IMG/VR virus record: IMGVR_UViG_3300046522_000297
Location: 50,008 to 114,007 of that record
Length of the DNA stretch: 64,000 nt
Strand: one strand, 5' to 3'
Origin: a virus
A program made the position numbers and the translations under genes. Each line of letters opens with the position of its first letter. The stretch's first letter is position 1. The notes beneath the pieces were generated by a model. The model ran no database searches. It was not told where the DNA came from and saw only the letters and a list, made by a program, of their open reading frames with translations. This document shows, one piece after another, positions 55,964 to 64,000 of this stretch.

Positions 55964-56361
55964 GGTGCGTCTCCCTCTACGTAAATTCCTCCAAGCATAC
56001 TAACCCAGAAGACTTTCATGTTGGCATAATAATCACTTTCACGGTTAGCTTCTGCTGAAGCGTCCGTATAGTAATCACTTTTCCTTTTACTTGAGATATC
56101 AAATTCTCTAATCAGTGCTGCCATTTGGTGAACATTCTCAATAGCAGCACCGTTCTCATAACTGGCTGAATCATCAGCTCGTATGTAGGTCATGCGGTGA
56201 AGCTCCGAGTAATCCAGCACGTCTATGACGTTGCTGAAGTCTGGAGGTTCCACGCTTCCGGTATCGTCTTTCAGATACTTGTATAGGTCATTGTAGAACT
56301 CCGCCAATTTGTCATTGGCGGTTTCTGCTTGTCCCAGTGCGCTGTTGGAATCTAACGGCAT
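55960..56361 (-). CDS. hypothetical protein
   Basis: Operonic ORF. Confidence 0.65.
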   Translation of the reverse strand: MPLDSNSALGQAETANDKLAEFYNDLYKYLKDDTGSVEPPDFSNVIDVLDYSELHRMTYIRADDSASYENGAAIENVHQMAALIREFDISSKRKSDYYTDASAEANRESDYYANMKVFWVSMLGGIYVEGDAP

Positions 56362-57086
56362 TAATACATCCCGCTTTCGGATTTGATACGCATAATCTTT
56401 TTCTCAAGGTTCTTCTTGAGGTAGTTAAGCCTATTAACATTGACACCCATCTTCTCGGCAAGAGCAGTTGAGCTAATGAGTTTAACATTGTCCAGGATAA
56501 TCTTTTCCTCGGGGGTCAGTTGGCTCATCAGGTGTTCCATTAGGATTGCACCTTCGTTAAACTGCGTGTACTCACCAGGTTTTTCACTGCTACTCTCAAT
56601 AAGGTCATTATATAGAGAGTTCTTGAACTTCACGGTCTGAGGCTTGGACCATCCAAGTTTCTTAGCCAGTTCTTCATCCGTAGGGTCACGGTTGAGTTCA
56701 TCTCTAAGGGAGGTGATAGAGTGGTTATACTCGTGGAACTTAAGCTGCAGGTTCTCAGGGAGACGGACTGCGTTCTGGTACTTATAGTTCATACGGCGAA
56801 CCTTCTGCAGATAGTTACTTACGTGAGTAGCCAGTGCAGATCCCTTAGAAGGATCGTAGGTTTGAATCGCCTTGATGGTCCATTTTTTAGCTTCAGCGGT
56901 CAGGGCTGCGCTAGGTAGACTGCCGCTGGCACGCTTTACTTCTGCACGGATGACAGGCATTAGGGATTCCATAAGGACCCCTAGATGCCTCTTGTCACCG
57001 GTGCTTCTCCAGCTCTCATACGCTTGTTGGTCTTTGTTTCTAAGTTCATTGAAGTATTGAGCTGTTGTTAAATTCGAATCGGTCAT
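56361..57086 (-). CDS. RNA polymerase sigma-70-family-like factor
   Basis: Region 2 KAIQTYDPSKGSALATHV, VRLP, region 3 LRDELNRDPTDEELAKKLG, region 4-like LTPEEK..LAEKMGV. Confidence 0.8.
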   Translation of the reverse strand: MTDSNLTTAQYFNELRNKDQQAYESWRSTGDKRHLGVLMESLMPVIRAEVKRASGSLPSAALTAEAKKWTIKAIQTYDPSKGSALATHVSNYLQKVRRMNYKYQNAVRLPENLQLKFHEYNHSITSLRDELNRDPTDEELAKKLGWSKPQTVKFKNSLYNDLIESSSEKPGEYTQFNEGAILMEHLMSQLTPEEKIILDNVKLISSTALAEKMGVNVNRLNYLKKNLEKKIMRIKSESGMY

Positions 57087-57280
57087 TTGTACACGCTGTA
57101 GTTAGAGTAGATCGTACTTACGTAACCAACTATATAAGCCTGAAGCTTATTGCTGAACTGTTGGTTTACGAAGCAATCTTTTGCAATAGAGGTTTCTGAA
57201 AGAAGGTTATTCTCTATTATAGCCGAAGGGATATTCGACCCCCTCGGCAATCCTGAATCAACTTTAATAGTATCACTCAT
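57083..57280 (-). CDS. hypothetical protein
   Basis: Operonic 65-aa ORF. Confidence 0.55.
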   Translation of the reverse strand: MSDTIKVDSGLPRGSNIPSAIIENNLLSETSIAKDCFVNQQFSNKLQAYIVGYVSTIYSNYSVYK

Positions 57281-57283
57281 ATA

Positions 57284-60200
57284 TCAATTTCCGTTAACTA
57301 AAGAACTAATTTCACCATAATCCAGGAACATACTTGCGCCTGGCTCCAAGGTCATGTCGGTGACTGCTACCTTGTTCTGGTACGTTACCGAAGTGCCGTT
57401 ATAGTTCTGTTCGATCAGGTCTATAAACTTCAGACCAAACTTGGATTCAATGCTCTTCTTACCCTCAATCTGCCTTGCTACCAGTCTTAAGTTACCGACA
57501 CCAGTTAGGTTAGGGTTACCCTCGCCGCCGTTCTTAGGTGATCTATCCGAGTGAGACGATCCTTCAGTCCAGTTACCGTTATGTCTAGCCACTGGTGAAA
57601 TTTGACCCGTCTCAAAGTTATAGATCAACCCGGGGTCAGCGCTGCTTACACCTAGAACACTTCTGTAGAACTTGTCTGCGATCTCCTTAGCTCTAGGGTT
57701 ATTGATAATGCCCTGTTGAATACTAGTGATATCGCCAGTGTTACTATCATAGGCCGGGTCAGGCGTAATCCCTAGAAGCGATGCTTTATCTAACGAGGTA
57801 TCTCCGCTGATAGCAGTAGCTGCGTCAGTAGCAGTATCCCCACCGCTGGTCAAACTAGAATCTCTTTCCACGTTCACCAGAGACAGTGCAGTCTTAAGCC
57901 ATGGGTGAATAGGCTGCATGTAATAGTTACTTAGCTCAGTATAGGTAGAAGCTGCCACAAATCCAATCGTAGTTCCTATACCACGTGCACTGATAGAGTG
58001 GGTCACACTAGCACACATTGCATGGAAGCAAGGGTGATTAGGGCTACCGTCAATGATATCCATCGGGTATCCAGGAACGACATATGGATTGAACAGGCCG
58101 TACACAGAACCGTTTCTACTACTTGCAACAGCCTTGGCGTACTCATAGTCCGCAGTAGCGAACAGGAGACGTTCATAAGCCATGATGTTACTCTTGATAG
58201 AGTACGGATCTAGAGTATCTTTACTATGATCTCGACTTACCGTAACGTTACCACTATCATCTACTAAGCTACTATACCCATACTTCTGGATCCATGCATA
58301 ATGGAGATCTAACAAATTCTTAGCCTCTACAGATCCCTTTTCCGGGAATTCGGCATCACTGCTGGATGCACGGTTATCGTCCTGGTCCTTTACGAAGTGC
58401 GACAGCCAATTGGGCATAGCGATCTTACGGTGGGTAATCCCTCTTCCCATCTCGTATTTACCCGGGATATTAAAGCTACTACCCGTAGTATCTCTAAGAG
58501 TCGGTTCATTGGAGTTATCCGCAGCCCCAAGCACTTTTCTACCCAAGGCAATTGACTCTCTAATACTTTGGGGAGCCCGGTAATTCATACCCATCAGGTT
58601 AGGATTATCTGCCGCCTGACTCGCTGCGGTCCCTACTGCTGTAATACGGGTCGGAACATCGTTCTCGTTCTGGCTTACGTCAACCGTGTGGAACATGTTC
58701 GGAAGAATCACATTGCAAATAGGTGAGTAATAGAACGGGATCTGTGGCTTAATGATGGTTTCCACCGCCATCTTGTCCACCTTGGCCCACGACTCAGGAG
58801 TGTCAGGGTCGGCATCAACTGTAGGGTCAATAGGCACTTCACTGGGGCTGGATAGAGTCAACATTTCGTACTCGATCCCATAGTAGAAGTTAGCAAATAG
58901 ATCATAAAAGTTAGCCAGTTCCCCGCTGAAACCTAAAGAAGACTTGAGGCTATTAACCACGAGTTGAGTCTGTACTGCACTCTGAATACCTACACGGAAT
59001 GCAGGGGGCAACATAACATCATTCTTGTTAAGTTCAGGCCTTGAGCTATCGTTACAATATGGGACTCTGCCTGCATCAATCTGATCTTCTAAGACCGGGT
59101 GACCACTGAGTCTATCGAAGAATCGGATACCATCCTCCATCAGTGGGACGAACATCTTGTTGAAGATAACGTTTAGCTTCTCATCAGCATAGACTTCCAT
59201 CTTCACCTGATTCCACATATTCATAATGGTAGTAGGCATACCGACCATACGCTTCTTAAGTGCCTCGAAACGTTTATCAAGCATGGCGGGATCCGCAGCT
59301 AGCACATTACTGTTTGACGGTGAAATTAGGTCTTTGGAATCACTCTGGACTCCAGTAATTCCCTGCAGCGCCCTAGCCAGCGAGTATTCACTGTTGAAAT
59401 TGTTGATCTGAACAGATGCCTGATCCGGGTTGTTATCAGTAAGGTTCGCCCCTTGAATAGCGTGGGCAGCACCGCCTCCGCTCCATTCGAACGTAAGCTG
59501 TCTCAGAAGTGCATTCTTGTGAACGCATTCAAACGAGATACTAGCCCCACCTTCCGCTTGGCTGTAGCGGTAGTTGCAAGCAATTATGTGGCCCCAGAAT
59601 AGAAGACGGGATCCTCCGGTGACTCTATCATCGTAGAATACATGGACCTTAGGTTGATAGCCACGGATGATATCCATAAGTCCTGAATTCGGAGGAACTT
59701 GTATAGATGCACCTGGGAGTTGACCTATGCTTTGGCTGATACTAATGCTTTCAAACGGGACTTGGACGCCCTCGATATAAAGGCTAACGTTCTGAACCAG
59801 CACGTCCGTCGAATCGTCCTCAGCAGATACCGAAATTCCTTCCTCAATTCCCTTAATAGAGATGGTCTTAGCGTATGGACTAACACTAGGGGCAGAAGCT
59901 TCGACTGTCGCTGTAGATGGCAGAGGGGTGGCGGTGTCAGCAGCTACGGCTTTAGCCTTGTCTGCCATTGCTTTCTCTATAACGCTAGAGTTGATCTGGC
60001 TTATCGTATTGTTCAGATAACTATTCGTCGTGCTGTATGCAGCAGAAATACTGGAGTCTGCAACACGGCTAGTGTCCACGAGCTTAGCCACTCCTACGTT
60101 AGTAACGTCTGAGTACAGGGCTGAGTTTGTTTTATTGATGATCTGGCTGTACGAATCAACGCCTGATGAGATAGACTCTTTAGTATATCGTTGAATATCA

Positions 60201-60535
60201 AACAGAGTGTTATCAGAGCCCGGAAGGCTCGACATTACGTTGGAGTCTATACCACTCATAACCTGAGTAGCATATGAAGAATACACTCCAGTATTAGAAG
60301 GGTCTACTCCACATGCGTAGTCTCTCATGCTCAGAATAGGCGCATAGAGTCCGTTACCGGAATCACCAGTGCTCTTAAGCAGGCTATTCTTGGCTACATC
60401 TGAAGTGTTTTTCAGTAGATTTGGTACTGAAGTCCCAGCAGTGGCTAGGGTTGTTACGGTCATTTTCGACAGCGCCGAGTTGTTAGACATGACGCTGCCG
60501 GTGATTTTATCTGAGAGGATGTTAAGAAGTGACAT
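57284..60535 (-). CDS. baseplate hub-like protein
   Basis: SLYIEGVQVPF.SISIS....ASIQVP, LLFWG.I, C-terminal FNPYVVPGYPM...SVTHSIS. Confidence 0.6.
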   Translation of the reverse strand: MSLLNILSDKITGSVMSNNSALSKMTVTTLATAGTSVPNLLKNTSDVAKNSLLKSTGDSGNGLYAPILSMRDYACGVDPSNTGVYSSYATQVMSGIDSNVMSSLPGSDNTLFDIQRYTKESISSGVDSYSQIINKTNSALYSDVTNVGVAKLVDTSRVADSSISAAYSTTNSYLNNTISQINSSVIEKAMADKAKAVAADTATPLPSTATVEASAPSVSPYAKTISIKGIEEGISVSAEDDSTDVLVQNVSLYIEGVQVPFESISISQSIGQLPGASIQVPPNSGLMDIIRGYQPKVHVFYDDRVTGGSRLLFWGHIIACNYRYSQAEGGASISFECVHKNALLRQLTFEWSGGGAAHAIQGANLTDNNPDQASVQINNFNSEYSLARALQGITGVQSDSKDLISPSNSNVLAADPAMLDKRFEALKKRMVGMPTTIMNMWNQVKMEVYADEKLNVIFNKMFVPLMEDGIRFFDRLSGHPVLEDQIDAGRVPYCNDSSRPELNKNDVMLPPAFRVGIQSAVQTQLVVNSLKSSLGFSGELANFYDLFANFYYGIEYEMLTLSSPSEVPIDPTVDADPDTPESWAKVDKMAVETIIKPQIPFYYSPICNVILPNMFHTVDVSQNENDVPTRITAVGTAASQAADNPNLMGMNYRAPQSIRESIALGRKVLGAADNSNEPTLRDTTGSSFNIPGKYEMGRGITHRKIAMPNWLSHFVKDQDDNRASSSDAEFPEKGSVEAKNLLDLHYAWIQKYGYSSLVDDSGNVTVSRDHSKDTLDPYSIKSNIMAYERLLFATADYEYAKAVASSRNGSVYGLFNPYVVPGYPMDIIDGSPNHPCFHAMCASVTHSISARGIGTTIGFVAASTYTELSNYYMQPIHPWLKTALSLVNVERDSSLTSGGDTATDAATAISGDTSLDKASLLGITPDPAYDSNTGDITSIQQGIINNPRAKEIADKFYRSVLGVSSADPGLIYNFETGQISPVARHNGNWTEGSSHSDRSPKNGGEGNPNLTGVGNLRLVARQIEGKKSIESKFGLKFIDLIEQNYNGTSVTYQNKVAVTDMTLEPGASMFLDYGEISSLVNGN

Positions 60536-61379
60536 TGGAATATAGACAGTATAGAGCCAGCATGTAAAGAGCTTTCTCTAATGGATCCTTGATGGAGTCT
60601 ATATATCCTCTATAATCCTCAGGTATCATTCGTAGCTCATTTACATATTCGCTAATTAATTGTAATCTATTTTCAGTTAACAAGCTAGTTAGCAAAAGAC
60701 TACGTATCGGTAAAGGTTCAGAAGGTAAAGCCTTCATACCAAGTACTGAGCCTGAGAAAGTTCTTGCAAGCCACACTACGAACGGGAATGTGCTGAATTC
60801 CACGCATCTCACTATGATGGGATCTTGAGAAGTAGGAGTAGGGATCACAGTAAGGACACCGTTATCCAATTTATAATCAATGCCTTCGGTCAATAGCTGT
60901 CCGTTGGAATAAACGTAGGCTTTGTCATAAGTACCATTCTCAGTAGACAGCGTATATTCAGAGACTTCTTCTTTAGTAGTGATAATCTCAGAATTTACCA
61001 GGAACTCGGGTACTACCTTAATTAAGTCATTCACCTTTGGAGGAGTCTGACCCGGGTGGCTTGCTGAATAGCATTTAACGCAAATTCCACCCTTGCTAAT
61101 ACAAGAGCTGGTATGTCTGGTTGCAATCTCATAAATGCCCTGACTTAGAAGATACTCAATCCTATCTCGGGTAAGAGCTTCATCCGTAGCCAATTCGATA
61201 ATACCCTCTGACTCAAACGTAAGGGTTTCGTATCTGCCGAGAGTAGTTCCGCAGTCATTCTCCACGATAGGTAAATTAGGATTGAAAATGCTCAACCCTA
61301 AGTTCACCATATCTGGATTATCAGCGGGAATTTCATCGAACAGATTTTCAAATAGTAATAGTGCTGAATATGTTCTCAC
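60522..61379 (-). CDS. protein with RNAP beta-prime-like Zn-binding domain fused to a virion-type beta repeat
   Basis: IVENDCGT...TRHTSSCISKGGICVKCY, then VYSNGQLLTEGIDYKL. Confidence 0.7.
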   Translation of the reverse strand: MRTYSALLLFENLFDEIPADNPDMVNLGLSIFNPNLPIVENDCGTTLGRYETLTFESEGIIELATDEALTRDRIEYLLSQGIYEIATRHTSSCISKGGICVKCYSASHPGQTPPKVNDLIKVVPEFLVNSEIITTKEEVSEYTLSTENGTYDKAYVYSNGQLLTEGIDYKLDNGVLTVIPTPTSQDPIIVRCVEFSTFPFVVWLARTFSGSVLGMKALPSEPLPIRSLLLTSLLTENRLQLISEYVNELRMIPEDYRGYIDSIKDPLEKALYMLALYCLYSNVTS

Positions 61380-62842
61380 AGCTTAGCCCCTGTTTCTGCA
61401 GTATGTCTCTGTCCTGAATTTAATAACGCTAATTTACCAGCCACCCTAGCAGAGGTATTAAGTCTAGGCTTATTCCCTGTTATAAACTTAGATGTTATAG
61501 GTAACCTACCTGAATTAAATAGTTCTTTTAGGGATGATGATATAGTCTTAGGTGATGCACTAATAACCCCCGCAGCGTTCTTGAGAGAAGATATTGTGTA
61601 AGCGATTTCTCTATCAAATCCAGTAACCTGATTACTAATACTGTGAATCGTATTATTAACTAGATTGACAACGCCGATAGCCTGATTACTTACGTTTCTC
61701 ACATCTCTAAGAATGTTTCTAACCGGATTAGTAAAAGAACTAATAACAGAAGATACATCGGCCCCAGCAGTTTTAATAAGCTTTGTTAATGAACTCAGAA
61801 CTCCATATATGGGGCTAAAAAGGCTAGCACGTACACCGCTAAGATTAGAGTTAAGTCCAGAGAACAAGCTATTAGCAGAGGTAATAAAACCGGTCCCACT
61901 GGTCCCAACTCCATCAACGGACGCACCCGACTGTGAAACGTGGGTAGGACCACTGCTTAGGCTAGTAAGTGATGTAGCATAATCCTTTACCGAAGATAAG
62001 GGGTTGGCGATAACGTTTTGTAGATCTTGTACTTTGTCTTGAAGGCTTTTCAGTTTGATACTGTTTTGTCCAGCCTTAGTTAAGAATCCACTAGCCTTAC
62101 TCCAGTTAATGACGGGGTCATTGGTCAACGGCTTATTCGGAACTGTAACCGGTTTAGGAGTAATCTGTTTAGCCAGGAAGCTAAACTGGAACGGGATGTC
62201 CACATCACGGGAAGAGTTTTGGCTCCAACCCATTCTGGTTACAGTGCCGTCGATGATCATATTAGGTAAAACGATCCTGACAAGCTCATAATTTCTAGCA
62301 AGTTCAGTACCTCGTAGAACGTGGGAATACATCTCCAGCCATTCTACAAACCAGTTGTTATCAACGCTATCTATTAGAATGCCACTGAAGTTGAACATGA
62401 TAGGTTGTCTACCGAAATAATACGTAACCTCAGCGTCGCCGAATACCTCTACAACTTGGAGCTTTTCCTCTAAGTTACAGTTCAAATCCGTAAGCAGGAA
62501 GGAAGCATAGCCCGACCCAGTAACCGCGTCTTTTAGAACACCACTGTTTGATGAACCCAGACTGGTAGGGGTAGCGCTGCCGTGGCTGGAAGTGCCATTC
62601 CTGTTAAGGCTTCTAGCGGTATCTGTGGTTAGGATTTTTATAAACGCACGTTCTCCTCGGTCCCCTCCGCCGTCTAGATAATTAACACTTCTACTACGGG
62701 TAGTAAACAGTCTCTCAGATTGAGTGATAGCACCACTAGTAGAATTAGCGCTGGAAGCCTTGTTAGCCAGATCCGTCATCTGGGAGTTGAACGGAGCTGA
62801 CAACGTTGCAAGTTCGAGACCTGTTTGTTTGCTGTTAGCCAT
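61376..62842 (-). CDS. tail tube initiator/baseplate protein
   Basis: FLLT......EK.QVVE.FG....YFGRQP..F.FSG.L.D. Confidence 0.55.
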   Translation of the reverse strand: MANSKQTGLELATLSAPFNSQMTDLANKASSANSTSGAITQSERLFTTRSRSVNYLDGGGDRGERAFIKILTTDTARSLNRNGTSSHGSATPTSLGSSNSGVLKDAVTGSGYASFLLTDLNCNLEEKLQVVEVFGDAEVTYYFGRQPIMFNFSGILIDSVDNNWFVEWLEMYSHVLRGTELARNYELVRIVLPNMIIDGTVTRMGWSQNSSRDVDIPFQFSFLAKQITPKPVTVPNKPLTNDPVINWSKASGFLTKAGQNSIKLKSLQDKVQDLQNVIANPLSSVKDYATSLTSLSSGPTHVSQSGASVDGVGTSGTGFITSANSLFSGLNSNLSGVRASLFSPIYGVLSSLTKLIKTAGADVSSVISSFTNPVRNILRDVRNVSNQAIGVVNLVNNTIHSISNQVTGFDREIAYTISSLKNAAGVISASPKTISSSLKELFNSGRLPITSKFITGNKPRLNTSARVAGKLALLNSGQRHTAETGAKL

Positions 62843-63069
62843 TAATCCACCTGAAATTCGATCAGCTGAAGGACTGCGCCCTCAGTGATAATCTGTCTTT
62901 GACCAGTGATCCCGCCTAGCTGCGGAGGGATATAGTCTACCCCTTTGGAAGTAAACCGGATGGCCTCCAGAGAGGCCTTGATCTGATTCGTATAAACTTC
63001 GTAAGGACTCATAGCTACAAGCTTAGGTAACAGCTTGGTTGATGAGTTGTTGTTTATAATCTTACTCAT
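62842..63069 (-). CDS. hypothetical protein
   Basis: Operonic ORF. Confidence 0.55.
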   Translation of the reverse strand: MSKIINNNSSTKLLPKLVAMSPYEVYTNQIKASLEAIRFTSKGVDYIPPQLGGITGQRQIITEGAVLQLIEFQVD

Positions 63070-64000
63070 TATTTCTTATTCCCTAGTCCGTTACCTAGAT
63101 CTTTTTGTTTGCTATCGTTGAACCATCTAAGTTTGGAGGCATCAGTAGGGTCAAATCCTTTACCGAAAATTCCCGGGGAAGATCCACTATTATTATTACC
63201 CTCAACACTACCAACGAACTTATCAACAGCTTTGGAGAATTTATCCACTGATTCTTTGTTATCTAGGGCATTGACCGTAGCCTGATACCCAGCAAAATCC
63301 AGATGACCAGATTTTAGCTTGTCAAGAAGATCCATTCTCATGCGAGTGTTCTCTTGGACATTGGCCGTTGCCCTCATCTTGTCGCCATAGTCCAGATGCT
63401 TCGTTTCGATAGCAGAACTATCATAAACTCCACCCCCGATGGTCTCACTGGCTTTTCTAAGAGCAGCGTCAGAACCCCCTTTGCCTTCAGAAACTTTCGT
63501 AGCACCGATAGACAACCCTACCAGCTTGTTGTCAGCAACGCTTCCGGCAGTTTTACGAATATACTCCAGCAGTTCGTAAGGATCCTTAATACCAGTCATC
63601 TCAGCCAGTCTCTGGAGATCCTTGTCAGTCTTGAGACGCTCTTTGATGTTGTAGTTGTCTAGAGTTTCCCCGTTAACAACTTTAGTAGCGACAGTGTAAG
63701 CCAGCCCAGCAGCTTGCAGGTTGGAGAACGCATCCTTACCTTTGAGTCCACCGATTCCCTGAAGAGTGTTTCTGAAATCTTTGGTCTTAGGCTGATCATC
63801 CTTTACAAAGGTTCCTACCGTAGCGTCCCACAGAGCATCGGTAACTTGTGAGAAGAAACCTTTATCACTGGAAGGATTACGGCTTACGTTAGAAAGATCC
63901 CTCTCGATGTTCTTGTAATTAGAAGTGTTAGAAAGGAAATCTCGTGTACCAGGAGTCCACATGTTACCCCGGGTAAGTCTATCGATAGCGCCTTGTCTAC
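63069..64000 (-). CDS. C-terminal part of a large tail protein (possibly tape measure), truncated by the window edge
   Basis: Frame stays open from 63962 to the window end; helical low-complexity sequence; position upstream of baseplate genes. Confidence 0.5.
   Translation of the reverse strand, partial: RQGAIDRLTRGNMWTPGTRDFLSNTSNYKNIERDLSNVSRNPSSDKGFFSQVTDALWDATVGTFVKDDQPKTKDFRNTLQGIGGLKGKDAFSNLQAAGLAYTVATKVVNGETLDNYNIKERLKTDKDLQRLAEMTGIKDPYELLEYIRKTAGSVADNKLVGLSIGATKVSEGKGGSDAALRKASETIGGGVYDSSAIETKHLDYGDKMRATANVQENTRMRMDLLDKLKSGHLDFAGYQATVNALDNKESVDKFSKAVDKFVGSVEGNNNSGSSPGIFGKGFDPTDASKLRWFNDSKQKDLGNGLGNKK

Overview
64-kb segment of a large (jumbo-type) myophage genome infecting a Gram-negative host (two-component spanin; GC-rich codon style in the highly expressed genes suggests a GC-rich proteobacterium, which is an inference). 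Bases 1-33430 (+ strand) form an accessory/host-takeover region: about 11 tRNA genes plus 2 aberrant tRNA-like elements, Pth2 peptidyl-tRNA hydrolase, a bL12-CTD protein, an ArfA/BrfA-like non-stop ORF, a YqeY protein, three free-standing HNH endonucleases, vWA and AAA+ proteins, PAAR, ThyX, an NARP1-type PRPS-like/NAMPT-like NAD+ pair, HAD/DHH phosphatases and a dimeric dUTPase. Most of these genes sit behind a recurring TCAAT-N14/15-TGGTATAAG promoter motif. Bases 33467-64000 (- strand) hold the lysis cassette, five tailspike genes with a 6-repeat scaffold, and baseplate genes, with a sigma-70-like factor and an RNAP beta-prime Zn-domain fusion embedded among them. The most unusual non-coding signals are: (1) a ~370-nt RNA directly behind a coiled-coil protein gene, closed by a ~33-bp stem and containing 13 heptamer repeats and an embedded tRNA-like anticodon arm; (2) a ~1.2-1.4-kb ORF-free, multi-domain structured RNA candidate; and (3) an adjacent symmetric iteron/AT-rich origin-like element. 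All protein assignments are from motif recognition by eye; no database searches were run.
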